The notes under the pieces are model-generated. The model was not told where the DNA came from, ran no database searches, and saw nothing but the letters and a program-made list of their open reading frames with translations. Below are positions 1 through 10,799 of a stretch of 32,000 bases of DNA, one piece after another. Both the position numbers and the translations under genes were made by a program. The stretch is from Vibrio vulnificus CMCP6 (GTDB lineage: Bacteria > Pseudomonadota > Gammaproteobacteria > Enterobacterales > Vibrionaceae), in the NCBI RefSeq assembly GCF_000039765.1, contig NC_004459.3, positions 630,001 through 662,000 on the forward strand. Direction: 5' to 3'. Within the stretch, counting starts at the first letter, position 1; each line of letters begins with the position of its first letter.

Positions 1-327
1 AAAATCTTTCCAAGCGATGTAGACCATTTCTCGGTTACGAAATTGACGCAAAACTCGGTGGCCCGCCACTTCATCATGACACGCTTGCAACTGCTCAGCC
101 AAACGAGTTCGATAAGCTTCTTGTCGGCTTTCTTGCGCCAACATCTCTGGAAGACTCTCGGCCAATTGAGCATCACGCTGAACCGTTTCCACCACAAACT
201 TGCTCAGTCCTGAAATAAACTGAAACTGTGTGATGAGCGCTTGCGGCCAGTGTTCAAGATAACCAGACTGCTGGGCATTTTGCATTGCCAGTTCAGCGAC
301 GGGGATCAAAGGGGATGGCAGCGACAT
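1..327 (-). CDS. glnE: Bifunctional glutamine synthetase adenylyltransferase/adenylyl-removing enzyme, N-terminal fragment (continues off the left edge)
   Basis: Start codon at 325-327 on the minus strand; my translation begins MSLPSPLIPVAELAMQNAQQSGYLEHWPQA and contains an FRNREMVYIAWKDF-like segment resembling GlnE (FRRRIMVRIAW in E. coli). The YgiF-like gene nearby supports the locus. Not listed in the supplied ORF track. Confidence 0.85.
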   Translation of the reverse strand, partial: MSLPSPLIPVAELAMQNAQQSGYLEHWPQALITQFQFISGLSKFVVETVQRDAQLAESLPEMLAQESRQEAYRTRLAEQLQACHDEVAGHRVLRQFRNREMVYIAWKDF

Positions 328-388
328 TTTTCTTCCTTGTTCTTGTTGAGCGGTTGTTCTTATTTATATCAGACTTACTGCAATAAAA

Positions 389-415
389 AACGCCCACATG
401 AGTAATGTGGGCGTT
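389..415 (-). terminator. Rho-independent terminator for the MCP gene
   Basis: Stem AACGCCCACAT / ATGTGGGCGTT, with an A-run on the + strand (T-run on minus) just after the minus-strand stem. Confidence 0.8.
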
Positions 416-432
416 TCATTGTGACTAAAACC

Positions 433-1689
433 TTAGACTTTGAAAGATTTGATTTTCTTATCTAACTCTTCCGCGTTGCCTTGCATCATTTCCGAGGTTT
501 CCAGCAGCTCACTGACCACCACAACCGATGCTTCCACTAGCTCACGCACATTGGAAAGATTTTGGTCCATTTCCGCGGCAACACTGCTCTGCTGGCCAGC
601 TGCCGTCGCGATTTGTAAGTTCATGTCATTGATGCTGGTTACCTGACCAACAATGCCATCCAGTTCCGTTCCGGCGTTGGACACCAACTCAACGCCTTCC
701 GCCGCTTGCACCACACTCTTCTCCATGAGGTCAACGGCACTGCTGGCACTGGTTTGCAGCTGAGTGATCATGTCTTGAATTTCTACCGTTGCCGTTTGAG
801 TGCGCTGAGCCAGGTTGCGAACTTCGTCGGCAACAACGGCAAAGCCACGACCCGCTTCACCAGCACGAGCAGCTTCAATCGCGGCGTTCAGTGCCAACAA
901 GTTGGTCTGTTCTGAAATGCCTTGAATGGTGCCAACCACACTACCAATGGCACCGACTCGCTCTTCCACTTGGTTCACGGCTTGAGCTGAAGAAGCAATG
1001 TCTGACGACAATTGACTCATTTTCGACACTGTACCTTGCAAGAATTGCTGGCCCTTTTTCGCTTGTTGCGAGGCTTGCTCGGTCAAACTCGACGCATTGT
1101 TGGCGTGATCGGCCACGGTTTGTACCGTCGAGGTCATTTCGCTCATCGCCGTCGCCAGTTGATCAATTTCATTGAACTCTTCTTGTGCCGACTCTTTGGT
1201 TTCCGACATGCTCAGTGTCATCACTTCCGTCAAGCCGGCCAGCTCATCAGAGGCGTTGATTTGCATTTTGATCATATCGTGCAATTGCTGACGGGTTTTC
1301 TCCAGCTCACGCGCCACATCGCCATATTCATCTTTACAAGCCATGCCAAACGGAACCGAAAGGTTTCTTTGCGCCATTAATTTGATCGCATCATTTAAAT
1401 AGCGAGTTTGACGCAGCATCACGCTGGCAGCCGCCATCAAAAGAACCACAAACACAACAATCAATAAGCCCGTTTGCCAAGCCACTTGAACCATGTATTC
1501 ATCGTAATGTTGTTGCGCGAGTTGCTCATTTTGCGTTGCCGCCAACAAAGCTTGATAGAAGGTGCTGGCATCCCAAAGCTGTTTGCCAACAATCAAAACG
1601 GTACTGAACACCATCAGCAAAATCATTTTGGGAACGAGGCGAATGTCAGAGATCACCCTTTCCCAGGGCTTAAAAGCCAGCTTTTCCAT
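433..1689 (-). CDS. Methyl-accepting chemotaxis protein (short periplasmic loop, HAMP-like region, MA signalling domain)
   Basis: ORF 418 aa; two TM segments, and the signature '[50 protein letters not shown]'. Confidence 0.95.
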   Translation of the reverse strand: MEKLAFKPWERVISDIRLVPKMILLMVFSTVLIVGKQLWDASTFYQALLAATQNEQLAQQHYDEYMVQVAWQTGLLIVVFVVLLMAAASVMLRQTRYLNDAIKLMAQRNLSVPFGMACKDEYGDVARELEKTRQQLHDMIKMQINASDELAGLTEVMTLSMSETKESAQEEFNEIDQLATAMSEMTSTVQTVADHANNASSLTEQASQQAKKGQQFLQGTVSKMSQLSSDIASSAQAVNQVEERVGAIGSVVGTIQGISEQTNLLALNAAIEAARAGEAGRGFAVVADEVRNLAQRTQTATVEIQDMITQLQTSASSAVDLMEKSVVQAAEGVELVSNAGTELDGIVGQVTSINDMNLQIATAAGQQSSVAAEMDQNLSNVRELVEASVVVVSELLETSEMMQGNAEELDKKIKSFKV

Positions 1690-1805
1690 TGTTGTTTCTC
1701 CACCAGTTCTTTTATAGTCGTATCAAGAAGATGTTGCCTTTGGGCACTTTGCTTAAATACTTTGCGCGTTAAAAACGCCACCTTGCTATTTATTTCGAGC
1801 CCCGT

Positions 1806-2558
1806 ATGAAAAGTAATGATATCAAAGAGAACACCAAACCGATGAGTCTGTTATCACTAATCTTGTCTTTTATGGCGCTATTTGTGATCTCTGGCTTACT
1901 GTTTTTTCCTTTGGATGAAGAGACCCGACAAGTTCTTATCGGTCTCGATTTCATAATCTGTAGTATTTTTCTTCTTCAGCTCAGCGTAGATTTGATCCGC
2001 GCCGCAGATAAGCGTCAATACCTCAAAACACATTGGATCGATATTCTTGCCAGTTTACCCATGATTGAGCCGCTGAGATTTGCCCGCTTGTTCCATATCT
2101 TGCGCGTCATCCTCGTATTGCGTTCTTCTCGCTTTATTCTCAATCAGCTCAAAGAAAATCGCAAAGAGACCACCATTGCGACGATTTTACTTTTGCTTGT
2201 GGTCTTGGTGACCGTCGGCTCTGGCATGATGCTGTTTATTGAAGGGAAAAACCCGGCGTCGAATATTCAAACCGGAACGGATGCCCTTTGGTGGGCGTTT
2301 GTGACGATTTCGACCGTTGGCTACGGTGATCATTATCCAGTGACAGATGGGGGGAAATTACTGGCGGTGGTGATCATCATGAGCGGCGTTGGTCTATTTG
2401 GTATGATTTCCGGTTTGATCACCTCGATACTGACCACTCCGAGCAAACAGCAAACCAATCGAGCCATCAACAAGGAGAAGATGCTAGAAACCCTCCTCGA
2501 GCAACAGCATGAAATTTTAGAGCGGCTGAAACGGCTCGAAGAGGAGCAAAAAAAATAG
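1806..2558 (+). CDS. Voltage-gated-type potassium/ion channel protein
   Basis: ORF 250 aa; several TM segments, selectivity filter 'TISTVGYGDHYPVTDGG', C-terminal coiled coil. Confidence 0.9.
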   Translation: MKSNDIKENTKPMSLLSLILSFMALFVISGLLFFPLDEETRQVLIGLDFIICSIFLLQLSVDLIRAADKRQYLKTHWIDILASLPMIEPLRFARLFHILRVILVLRSSRFILNQLKENRKETTIATILLLLVVLVTVGSGMMLFIEGKNPASNIQTGTDALWWAFVTISTVGYGDHYPVTDGGKLLAVVIIMSGVGLFGMISGLITSILTTPSKQQTNRAINKEKMLETLLEQQHEILERLKRLEEEQKK

Positions 2559-2574
2559 GGCGCATCGCCCTATT
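2554..2574. terminator. Bidirectional terminator between the convergent channel and CYTH/CHAD genes
   Basis: AATAGGGCG-cat-CGCCCTATT hairpin preceded by an A-run; overlaps the channel stop codon. Confidence 0.7.
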
Positions 2575-2591
2575 CTTATCTCGCTTCACCA

Positions 2592-4109
2592 TTAATGACG
2601 CCAGTATGGCTCTGCTTCCACACCAATGGCGCGAGTTTGATCCATCGCATGCAGCATCGAGCGCTCCTGACGAACCAACCAGCGTTCCAGTTGCTCTTTC
2701 TCTTCGCCTTCGAGTTTCTCCACCAGTGGGAGTAAATGACGCAGCATTAAGAGATCATCAATACCATGTATCAAATCGGCCCAAGGCATACGAAAGCTAT
2801 TACGCTCTTCTGCATCATACAAGCTGGCAAAGCCCACACCAGTATAGAGATTGCGCATCAAACGATAGCGTTGATCGATGTACTCTTGTGCCGACATACT
2901 TCTTTCCGCCGGAAACGCTTCCATCAACTCAGCCCAAGTGCGATCAAGTTGCTTAACTGAAAAGTCACGGATCGCGCTGGCCATCTTTTCTCTTGCTTTG
3001 TCATCAAGGAATGGCTGCCAACCACGCGTTAAAATCCAACGGCTCAAATCGAGCAGTAATCCGGTATAACGCGCACTGGTGAGCAAGGTCAATACCTCTT
3101 CTCGATCAGGCAACTCTTCAAATTGCTGGGTTAACTCCGCCACTAAGAACTTACGCGCATCCAATTTCCGCAGCACATTGCCTTTGTCATCAAGAAGTTC
3201 CGTTAAATGTGCGTGCTCTGACAACCACGCTAGCTCTTCTTCTAGCCATTTAAGCTCTTGACGCAGAATCGCACTGGCGCGTCGTGGCACAACTCCGCCA
3301 TAAATGGTCAAGGTTTGGCGAATAAAGCTGATGGCGTGGCTGATTTCATGTAACGCTTCCACCGATTCGCGTTCCACATAAATTTGCTCGTGATAGTGCC
3401 AATGGGAAAGGGCATGCTCGAGTGAGTTGATCAAACAATATTCCACATTGTCCATCTTGCCCGTATCCACTAGGCTCAATGGTTTCACTTCGTCGCCTTG
3501 GTAACCTAAAGCCAAGCGATAACCTTTCGCCGCTTTACTTAAATTGCCTAAACGCATACCGCCAGACTCACACAAATGGCGAGCAAGGGTAAATAAGGCT
3601 TCGGTTTGACCTGATTTCAGTTCTAACTCCACCTCACAGATGGGATCTTGCTTATCCTCCGCGCTCACCATTCCTTGGTCAAACGCCACTTCAACTTGGC
3701 TTCCATCAGGCATACCAATCAGCCATTGTTCGCGGGTAAAGTTGGTGGAGAACAGCGCCATCAATTCCGATTGCAAGGTGTCAACATCTTTACCTTGAGG
3801 CCAAATATCACCAGGATGTAAATGAAGATTTGGCGTATTGCAGGTATGTTCTGCGTTGTATTCAGGGCGTTGATGTAAGCCTGCAACAACGCGTCCTGCC
3901 GTCTTGACGGTTTGCACGAAAACATCATCAAAGCGGCGTATCCGTAAGCCTGTATCGTGTTGGCGAAGCCAGTTGTCTGGCGTATCAAAATAGGTGTTTC
4001 CTAAATCGCGACAACTGTGCTGAAGTACTTTGGTTTCGGCGATTTTTTCGCGCAAAGTTTCTGAAAATTCAGGAGAAACAAAAAACTTCAGTTCTATCTC
4101 GGTTTCCAT
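2592..4109 (-). CDS. ygiF: CYTH and CHAD domain protein, inorganic triphosphatase YgiF-like
   Basis: ORF 505 aa; N-terminal 'METEIELKFFVSPEF...YFDTPDNWLRQHDTGLRIR' CYTH signature, C-terminal CHAD-like helical region with 'HALSHWHYHEQIYVERESVEALHEISHAISFIRQTLTIYGG'. E. coli ygiF is next to glnE. Confidence 0.88.
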   Translation of the reverse strand: METEIELKFFVSPEFSETLREKIAETKVLQHSCRDLGNTYFDTPDNWLRQHDTGLRIRRFDDVFVQTVKTAGRVVAGLHQRPEYNAEHTCNTPNLHLHPGDIWPQGKDVDTLQSELMALFSTNFTREQWLIGMPDGSQVEVAFDQGMVSAEDKQDPICEVELELKSGQTEALFTLARHLCESGGMRLGNLSKAAKGYRLALGYQGDEVKPLSLVDTGKMDNVEYCLINSLEHALSHWHYHEQIYVERESVEALHEISHAISFIRQTLTIYGGVVPRRASAILRQELKWLEEELAWLSEHAHLTELLDDKGNVLRKLDARKFLVAELTQQFEELPDREEVLTLLTSARYTGLLLDLSRWILTRGWQPFLDDKAREKMASAIRDFSVKQLDRTWAELMEAFPAERSMSAQEYIDQRYRLMRNLYTGVGFASLYDAEERNSFRMPWADLIHGIDDLLMLRHLLPLVEKLEGEEKEQLERWLVRQERSMLHAMDQTRAIGVEAEPYWRH

Positions 4110-4308
4110 AGTTATACCTTCTCAAGCAGACTGGGACAGGATATTGCCTAAATTCTCGAGGGGCAAGAAAGAAATATCGCACTAATGATGATCTAAAACA
4201 GTTTTAATGATGGATTTAATGCGTTAACATGCGCGCCTTTATAGCCATCGCTCAACATTTCACCACGAAATGGTGTATGTTCTTTTAAGGTTATATTTAT
4301 TAGGTTGA

Positions 4309-4995
4309 ATGACCATGCCAATGAATACAATTATGGGGTTATTTGCAAAGTCCCCTATCAAGCCTTTGCAGCGTCACGTAGTTTGTGTCAACGAATGTTG
4401 CGGACACCTAATCAATTTCTTTGAAGTTTGTTCAGAGGGAGATTGGGAAAAAGCAGCAGAAATCCGTGCTCAGATCTCACATCTAGAGAAAGAAGCGGAT
4501 GTTCTAAAACGTGAAATTCGTCTGAAACTTCCTCGCGGTTTGTTCCTGCCAGTCGATCGTACTGACATGCTTGAGCTACTGACTCAGCAAGACAAACTCG
4601 CCAACTTAGCAAAGGACATTGCAGGCCGTGTTTACGGTCGTAAGCTGATGATTCCTGAAGCACTCCAACCAAATTTCATTGCTTATGTTCAACGTTGTCT
4701 TGATGCGGCTAACCAAGCGCAAAACGTGATCAATGAGCTTGATGAGCTTCTTGAAACTGGATTCAAAGGGCGTGAAGTCACGCTGGTTGCAGAAATGATT
4801 AATCAATTGGATGTCATTGAAGATGACACTGATGCGATGCAAATCGGCCTGCGTCAGCAACTGATGACCATTGAGTCAGAGATGAACCCTATCGATGTCA
4901 TGTTCTTGTACAAGATTCTTGAATGGGTAGGCGGCATTGCAGACCAGGCTCAGCGTGTAGGCGCGCGTCTGGAATTGATGCTATCTCGATCTTAA
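4309..4995 (+). CDS. TIGR00153 / DUF47 family (PhoU-like) protein
   Basis: ORF 228 aa; 'MPMNTIMGLFAKSPIKPLQRH...CSEGDWEKAAEIRAQISHLEKEADVLKREIRLKLPRGLFLPVDRTDMLELL', directly upstream of a PitA-type transporter. The start may be the second Met (4315). Confidence 0.88.
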   Translation: MTMPMNTIMGLFAKSPIKPLQRHVVCVNECCGHLINFFEVCSEGDWEKAAEIRAQISHLEKEADVLKREIRLKLPRGLFLPVDRTDMLELLTQQDKLANLAKDIAGRVYGRKLMIPEALQPNFIAYVQRCLDAANQAQNVINELDELLETGFKGREVTLVAEMINQLDVIEDDTDAMQIGLRQQLMTIESEMNPIDVMFLYKILEWVGGIADQAQRVGARLELMLSRS

Positions 4996-5129
4996 TTTTT
5001 TAAGTCAACGAAACATAACGAAGAGCATTATCGACCCATCCTGTTTTGGCCAATAACAGTTTTCTGGCTAAGGCAGGATAACGTCTGTTTGATATTGCTC
5101 CGCTTGTTATAAATCAACTAGGTATTACG

Positions 5130-6389
5130 ATGGATATCCTTGCGAACTACGGCACTGTCCTGATTATTGTTGCAGCTGTTTTTGGTTTTATGATGGCAAT
5201 TGGTATTGGCGCGAACGACGTTGCCAATGCGATGGGCACATCGGTAGGCTCAAAAGCACTTACCGTAAAACAAGCGATCATCATTGCGATGATCTTCGAA
5301 TTTGCGGGTGCATATCTTGCAGGCGGTGAAGTAACCGACACTATCCGTAAAGGTGTTATCGAAACATCTCTCTTTGCTCACCAACCAGATGTTCTTGTCT
5401 TCGGGATGATGTCTGCGCTCCTAGCAGCAGGTACATGGCTACTGTTGGCTTCTTACATGGGTTGGCCAGTATCGACCACGCACTCTATTATCGGTGCGAT
5501 CATCGGTTTCGCCTGCGTTTCAGTCGGCACTGAAGCGGTAGACTGGAGCAGCGTACAAGGCATCGTGGGAAGCTGGATCATTACACCACTGATCTCTGGT
5601 TTCTTCGCTTACGTCATTTTCGTCAGCGCACAACGCCTGATTTTCGATACAGAAAAACCATTGATGAACGCCAAGCGTTTCGTACCTGTGTACATGTTTA
5701 TTACCACCATGGTGATTGCACTGGTTACCATCAAGAAAGGGCTAAAACACGTTGGTCTGCACCTGAGCAGCACCGAAGCGTGGTTCTGGTCTGCCGGTGT
5801 TTCTGGCCTTGTTATGCTAGGCGGCTACCTCTACATCCAGAAGAAATTCGCTAACCGCGAAGACGATCATGGTTTCGCTGGCGTAGAAAGCATCTTCAGC
5901 GTTCTTATGGTCATCACCGCTTGTGCAATGGCATTCGCACACGGCTCAAACGACGTAGCAAACGCGATCGGTCCACTGTCTGCCGTTGTATCAACCATTG
6001 AGCACATGGGCGAAGTAACCGCGAAAAGCACTATCGCTTGGTGGATTCTTCCTCTTGGTGGTTTTGGTATTGTTGTGGGTCTTGCGACCATGGGCCACAA
6101 AGTAATGGCAACGGTGGGTACAGGTATCACTGAACTGACTCCAAGCCGTGGTTTTGCTGCTCAGCTTGCCACTGCCTCAACCGTTGTACTGGCTTCTGGT
6201 ACTGGTTTACCAATTTCGACCACACAAACACTTGTGGGTGCGGTATTGGGTGTTGGTTTTGCACGCGGTATCGCAGCACTCAACCTAGGCGTGGTTCGTA
6301 ATATCGTTGCTTCTTGGGTTGTAACACTACCTGCAGGTGCACTGCTTGCCGTGGTGTTCTACTACGCAATGCAAGCGATCTTCGGTTAA
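5130..6389 (+). CDS. pitA: Inorganic phosphate transporter, PiT family
   Basis: ORF 419 aa; 'GANDVANAMGTSVGSKALT' and 'AMAFAHGSNDVANAIGPLSAV' PiT duplicated signatures. The pitA symbol is by family only. Confidence 0.92.
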   Translation: MDILANYGTVLIIVAAVFGFMMAIGIGANDVANAMGTSVGSKALTVKQAIIIAMIFEFAGAYLAGGEVTDTIRKGVIETSLFAHQPDVLVFGMMSALLAAGTWLLLASYMGWPVSTTHSIIGAIIGFACVSVGTEAVDWSSVQGIVGSWIITPLISGFFAYVIFVSAQRLIFDTEKPLMNAKRFVPVYMFITTMVIALVTIKKGLKHVGLHLSSTEAWFWSAGVSGLVMLGGYLYIQKKFANREDDHGFAGVESIFSVLMVITACAMAFAHGSNDVANAIGPLSAVVSTIEHMGEVTAKSTIAWWILPLGGFGIVVGLATMGHKVMATVGTGITELTPSRGFAAQLATASTVVLASGTGLPISTTQTLVGAVLGVGFARGIAALNLGVVRNIVASWVVTLPAGALLAVVFYYAMQAIFG

Positions 6390-6572
6390 TTTTCTCGTCA
6401 TGAGAATGTAAGGCGCGCCGCGATTGTGTAAGCGCCTTGTCATATTTGACTCAAACGCACATTAAGGGAGGCTTTGCCTCCCTTCTTTGTTGCATGCGTC
6501 AGGGAAAGTTTTTACTATTCGTTAATCCGAATTTTTATCGCCGACTCTGATTAAATCGTTAAGGGATTTATT

Positions 6573-7184
6573 GTGAAAAAACTCATCGTCACGGTGTTAC
6601 TGACTATTCTGGCTGTACCATCCGTTTTCGCCCAAGACCGCTACATCGCAGATGAACTGTTTACCTACATGCACTCTGGCCCAAATAACACGTTTCGTAT
6701 TATTGGTAGCGTTGATGCGGGTAGCAAAGTAAAACTCCTTCAAACCAACAGCGAAACTGGCTATAGCGAAGTGGTCGATGAGCGAGGCCGCAAGGGCTGG
6801 GTTCAAGCAAAATTCATCACACGCCAAGAAAGTATGGCTGTGCGCCTTCCTCGTCTTGAGAAAGAGCTGAAAGAAGTAAAATCTCAATTGGCGAATGCGC
6901 GCCAAAATGCCGATACCGAAAAGGCAGGCTTGGTGGACTCCCTTGACACTCGCAACCAACAAATTTCAGATCTAGAGAAGAAATACAGCGAAATCAGTGA
7001 TCAACTTGCTTCTGTACAAACAGAAAATCGCCAACTGCGTGCAAAACTCGACACACAAAAAGACGACCTACTGTTGAAATACTTCATGTACGGTGGTGGT
7101 GTGGCTGGCATTGGTCTTCTGTTCGGCTTGATTCTGCCTTACATGATCCCACGTCGTAAGAAGTCAAACTCAGGCTGGGCATAA
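6573..7184 (+). CDS. ygiM: TIGR04211-type SH3 domain-containing membrane protein (YgiM-like)
   Basis: ORF 203 aa; signal peptide, SH3b domain, coiled coil, C-terminal TM and 'YMIPRRKK'; lies upstream of cca as in enterobacteria. Confidence 0.88.
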   Translation: MKKLIVTVLLTILAVPSVFAQDRYIADELFTYMHSGPNNTFRIIGSVDAGSKVKLLQTNSETGYSEVVDERGRKGWVQAKFITRQESMAVRLPRLEKELKEVKSQLANARQNADTEKAGLVDSLDTRNQQISDLEKKYSEISDQLASVQTENRQLRAKLDTQKDDLLLKYFMYGGGVAGIGLLFGLILPYMIPRRKKSNSGWA

Positions 7185-7194
7185 ACATCAAAAC

Positions 7195-7214
7195 GGGCCG
7201 CATTCGCGGCCCGA
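7195..7214. terminator. Terminator between convergent ygiM-like and gspAB-like genes
   Basis: CGGGCCGC-attc-GCGGCCCG followed by ATTTCTTTC. Confidence 0.75.
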
Positions 7215-7257
7215 TTTCTTTCTCACTCTTCGGCTGATGAACCCTTGCAGTTCCTCT

Positions 7258-9414
7258 TTAGCCTTTCCATTCATAGAGCGCTGGAATTTCGATCTGCTCT
7301 CCTTGGAACTCAACAATCACCGACTGCGCTGAAATCTCCACCAGTTGAATCTGGTTATCGATCCACTCACCTTGATGGAACTCCGCACCATTAATCTTCA
7401 ACCAGCGACGTTTCGGATCGCTCGAATACATGTGTGTCTGCAAATTGAGTGGCGGCAAGCGCCCATGCCATTTTTCCGCGCTCAGATCGAGCCTTGAAAC
7501 CGTTGACTCTGCTTGCGGTGAGTTGTCAGTTTGTGTCTCCACCAGCAAGGCATTTTCGACTTTTTGCGCCAGCTCTGGCGATAAGCCTGACAGGTCGAGG
7601 TTTTCAAACAGTCGCTCGTCCTCTGTTTTCTTTTCTTCACTCGGAATTGATGGGCTCGCCACCAAAGTGGGGCTTGTTTGATCGGCCACGTTGATAACGT
7701 CGCCAGTTTCCGCCAACGGATATGTTCTGAGAAGGGGCGCGAGCGAGGGAAACTCAGGATAGCGCATCACCTGCTCTTCGCCTTGTTTCTCAGCCTGAGA
7801 GAGTTCTCGCCACGGCTCGGACAATGAGACCATGTGCTGCAAACGCGCCAAGGTACGCTGACCGGCGATGCCATCCTCGGTCATCGCTTGCCAACGTTGA
7901 AACCATTCCACTCGCTGCATCAGCTCTGCATTAAACTGCGTCGTCATTAACGGTTCATCATTGAGTGCTTTAGCGAGCAATTGGTCCAAAACTTCAATGG
8001 CCTCACCGTGCATACCCAGGCGCAATGTCTCTCTCAGAGGCATAGGCCATAGATCGGTGACTTCGCCCCGCCATAATGACATCAACTGTGGAACCGTGAA
8101 GGTGAGGCGTTGCTCGCCTGTAAGCAGAACGACGCGCTCTGAGTTGACTTCCAGCAAGACAACGTAAGCCCGTTGCCCTTCATGCTGCAGTGTCAGCAAC
8201 AAAGGGTGTGGCGTTTGCTGCAACTCTTGCCAATTAAGCTGCCGAACTTGGCACTGGAAAATCGACGTGGATGGCTGTTCACATAAGGTATCGATGCGCG
8301 TTGCTCGATATCCCCATAATTTGTAAAGCTCTTCTAATCCTTGCGCTCGAGTGGTCATCCGCGCGACAGCTGACTCGCCGAGCCATTGTTCATCATTCAC
8401 CAAGATTGCTGGCACTGAAGCTGGTACAGGCAACTCGGTTGCAGGCCTGTCTAGCTCGACCTGAGGCGCAGTGGAAACGACATTGTCAGTGGGGATCAAA
8501 GGCCAATAAGCGGCCATGGCCAACACTCCGGCAACGCAAACGGCCAGTACAGAGACTTTCCCCCAAGGGAAAGACAAACGGTTTGAGGTTTGCTGATAGA
8601 TCTCAGCCTGAAATGCCATCACATTTTGGCAAGCACGCTCGACCGTCGCTTTAGTGATTTTTTTGTCGCCTTGGTGATAGCTCAATTGCAACGCTTTATC
8701 GCAAATCAAGTTAATCAGGCGGGGAATACCATGACTATACTGAGCAATCACTTTGGCGCTGGCGTGATCAAACAGGGTACGATTTCCCCCAGCGGTATGA
8801 ATACGAAACGCAATGTAGTCTGCGGTTTCTTGAGGATTCAGTGGCAATAGGTGGTAACGGCCTGTAATGCGCTGAGCAAGTTGCCGCAATTGTGTGGTCT
8901 GCAGTAATTGTTGCAGTTCAGGTTGCCCCACCAACAACACTTTTAACAGCTTGCGTGTTTCCGTTTCCAGATTGGTCAATAAACGCAACTGCTCCAATAC
9001 ATCCGCCGCCAAATGTTGTGCTTCATCAATCACCAACAAGGTTTGGATATTTTGCTGATGATTTTCCAACAAAAACTGATAAATGCGTTGGTTGAGCTGT
9101 TTAAGGGAAGCGTTGGCCGTGTAGCTCAAGCCAAACTCATCACAAATGGCTTCAAGCAGTTCGACACTGGAAAAAGTTGGGTTGAGCAGCAAAGCGGCAC
9201 AGGTTTGGCCGTCAAGGTTGGCCAACATTGATTTTGCGACTGTGGTTTTCCCCGTCCCCACTTCCCCAGTCAGCATGGCAAAACCGCCCCCATCCCCGAG
9301 GCCAGCCTGTAAATGTGTGATGGCTTCACGATGGCGCTGACTTAAATAGAGATAGCGGGAGTTGGGCACTATCGAGAAAGGCAGCTCAGAGAAACCAAAA
9401 AAATCCTTATACAT
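7258..9414 (-). CDS. gspAB: AAA+ ATPase ExeA/GspA-like protein fused to a C-terminal GspB-like domain
   Basis: ORF 718 aa; '[25 protein letters not shown]', Walker A 'GEVGTGKTT', Walker B 'LLVIDEAQ', central TM, peptidoglycan-binding-like '[21 protein letters not shown]', Pro-rich linker, and C-terminal '[55 protein letters not shown]' typical of GspB/PulB. Confidence 0.85.
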   Translation of the reverse strand: MYKDFFGFSELPFSIVPNSRYLYLSQRHREAITHLQAGLGDGGGFAMLTGEVGTGKTTVAKSMLANLDGQTCAALLLNPTFSSVELLEAICDEFGLSYTANASLKQLNQRIYQFLLENHQQNIQTLLVIDEAQHLAADVLEQLRLLTNLETETRKLLKVLLVGQPELQQLLQTTQLRQLAQRITGRYHLLPLNPQETADYIAFRIHTAGGNRTLFDHASAKVIAQYSHGIPRLINLICDKALQLSYHQGDKKITKATVERACQNVMAFQAEIYQQTSNRLSFPWGKVSVLAVCVAGVLAMAAYWPLIPTDNVVSTAPQVELDRPATELPVPASVPAILVNDEQWLGESAVARMTTRAQGLEELYKLWGYRATRIDTLCEQPSTSIFQCQVRQLNWQELQQTPHPLLLTLQHEGQRAYVVLLEVNSERVVLLTGEQRLTFTVPQLMSLWRGEVTDLWPMPLRETLRLGMHGEAIEVLDQLLAKALNDEPLMTTQFNAELMQRVEWFQRWQAMTEDGIAGQRTLARLQHMVSLSEPWRELSQAEKQGEEQVMRYPEFPSLAPLLRTYPLAETGDVINVADQTSPTLVASPSIPSEEKKTEDERLFENLDLSGLSPELAQKVENALLVETQTDNSPQAESTVSRLDLSAEKWHGRLPPLNLQTHMYSSDPKRRWLKINGAEFHQGEWIDNQIQLVEISAQSVIVEFQGEQIEIPALYEWKG

Positions 9415-9512
9415 ACACAGACCAAATGCAAATACGTCAATTGAATAGAGAGCAAAGTACCATTGCTTGCTACAATGTCCAGTCAGATAAGCAAATATTC
9501 GAGGTCACACGC

Positions 9513-10736
9513 GTGGAAGTTTACTTAGTGGGTGGAGCGGTAAGAGACAAGTTATTGGGTATTCCCGTTTACGATCAAGATTGGGTTGTCGTCGGTGCAA
9601 CTGCGGAACAAATGCTCAATGCTGGGTACTCTCCTGTCGGGAAAGATTTTCCAGTTTTCTTGCACCCCAAAACCAAACAAGAGTACGCGCTGGCTCGCAC
9701 CGAGCGAAAAACAGGCCAAGGCTACAAAGGCTTTGAGTGCTTCTTCTCTCCTGATGTGGCTTTAGAAGAGGATCTCCTCAGACGCGACCTGACCATCAAT
9801 GCCATTGCTATGGATAGCCAGGGCGTGCTTTATGACCCGTATGGTGGACAGCAAGATCTGCAGAATCGTATTTTGCGCCATGTGTCAGAGGCCTTTGTCG
9901 AAGATCCTCTGCGCGTGTTGCGAGTGGCTCGCTTTGCGGCCAAACTGGCACCACTCGGGTTTCGCGTGGCCGATGAAACCATGCAGTTGATGCAGTCCAT
10001 TGTCGCTTCTGGCGAGCTGTCTGCACTGACCGCCGAGCGAGTTTGGCAAGAATGGCACAAATCGCTACTCACGCCTGCGCCACAGCAGTTTCTTGCTGTC
10101 TTGCGTCAGTGTGGTGCTTTGGCCGTGGTACTTCCCGAAATCGATGCTTTGTTTGGTGTCCCTCAGCCTGAAAAATGGCACCCAGAGATCGACACAGGCA
10201 TACACACCTTGTTGGTCGCAGAACAAGCGGCGAAGCTGAGCTCGTCTGCAGTGGTGCGCTTTGCAGCCCAAGTGCACGACTTAGGCAAAGGCGTGACACC
10301 GCCAAGCGAATGGCCAAGCCACAAAATGCATTGCCATACCGGCCTTAAGTTGATTAAACAGTTGTGTGAACGCGTGCGCGTACCGAATGAGTTTCGCGAT
10401 CTGGCTTTAATGGTGTGTGAGCAGCACTCCAACATCCATCGCGCAGCCGAGCTCAAGCCGCAAACCATGGTCAAAATCTTCAACAAACTGGATGTGTGGC
10501 GCAAAGCGGAGCGATTAAACGATATCCTCCTTTGTTGCCAAGCCGATCATGCGGGTCGCCAAGGTCTGCAAGATCACCCTTACCCTCAAGCAGAACGGAT
10601 CCAGTTAGCGTATCAAGCCGCGCTCTCTGTCGAGGTGCAATCGATCATTCAGGATGGGTTCAAAGGGCCAGCCATTCGTGATGAACAGGAAAGAAGGCGC
10701 ACTGAAGCGGTAAAAGCGGCGCTGCTCAACGCTTAA
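9513..10736 (+). CDS. cca: Multifunctional CCA-adding tRNA nucleotidyltransferase
   Basis: ORF continues through '[33 protein letters not shown]' and an HD-domain '[12 protein letters not shown]'. The track start (9426) adds about 29 non-conserved residues; a GTG start at 9513 (MEVYLVGG) fits the family better. Confidence 0.95.
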   Translation: MEVYLVGGAVRDKLLGIPVYDQDWVVVGATAEQMLNAGYSPVGKDFPVFLHPKTKQEYALARTERKTGQGYKGFECFFSPDVALEEDLLRRDLTINAIAMDSQGVLYDPYGGQQDLQNRILRHVSEAFVEDPLRVLRVARFAAKLAPLGFRVADETMQLMQSIVASGELSALTAERVWQEWHKSLLTPAPQQFLAVLRQCGALAVVLPEIDALFGVPQPEKWHPEIDTGIHTLLVAEQAAKLSSSAVVRFAAQVHDLGKGVTPPSEWPSHKMHCHTGLKLIKQLCERVRVPNEFRDLALMVCEQHSNIHRAAELKPQTMVKIFNKLDVWRKAERLNDILLCCQADHAGRQGLQDHPYPQAERIQLAYQAALSVEVQSIIQDGFKGPAIRDEQERRRTEAVKAALLNA

Positions 10737-10745
10737 AAAACATAA

Positions 10746-10767
10746 CGCCCACAGTTTCCTGTGGGCG
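10746..10767 (-). terminator. Terminator between cca and uppP (mainly for uppP)
   Basis: CGCCCACAG-tttc-CTGTGGGCG with an upstream A-run on the + strand (T-run on minus). Confidence 0.75.
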
Positions 10768-10799
10768 CTATAGTGATTGTGCGATCAAGCAGCTCGAGA

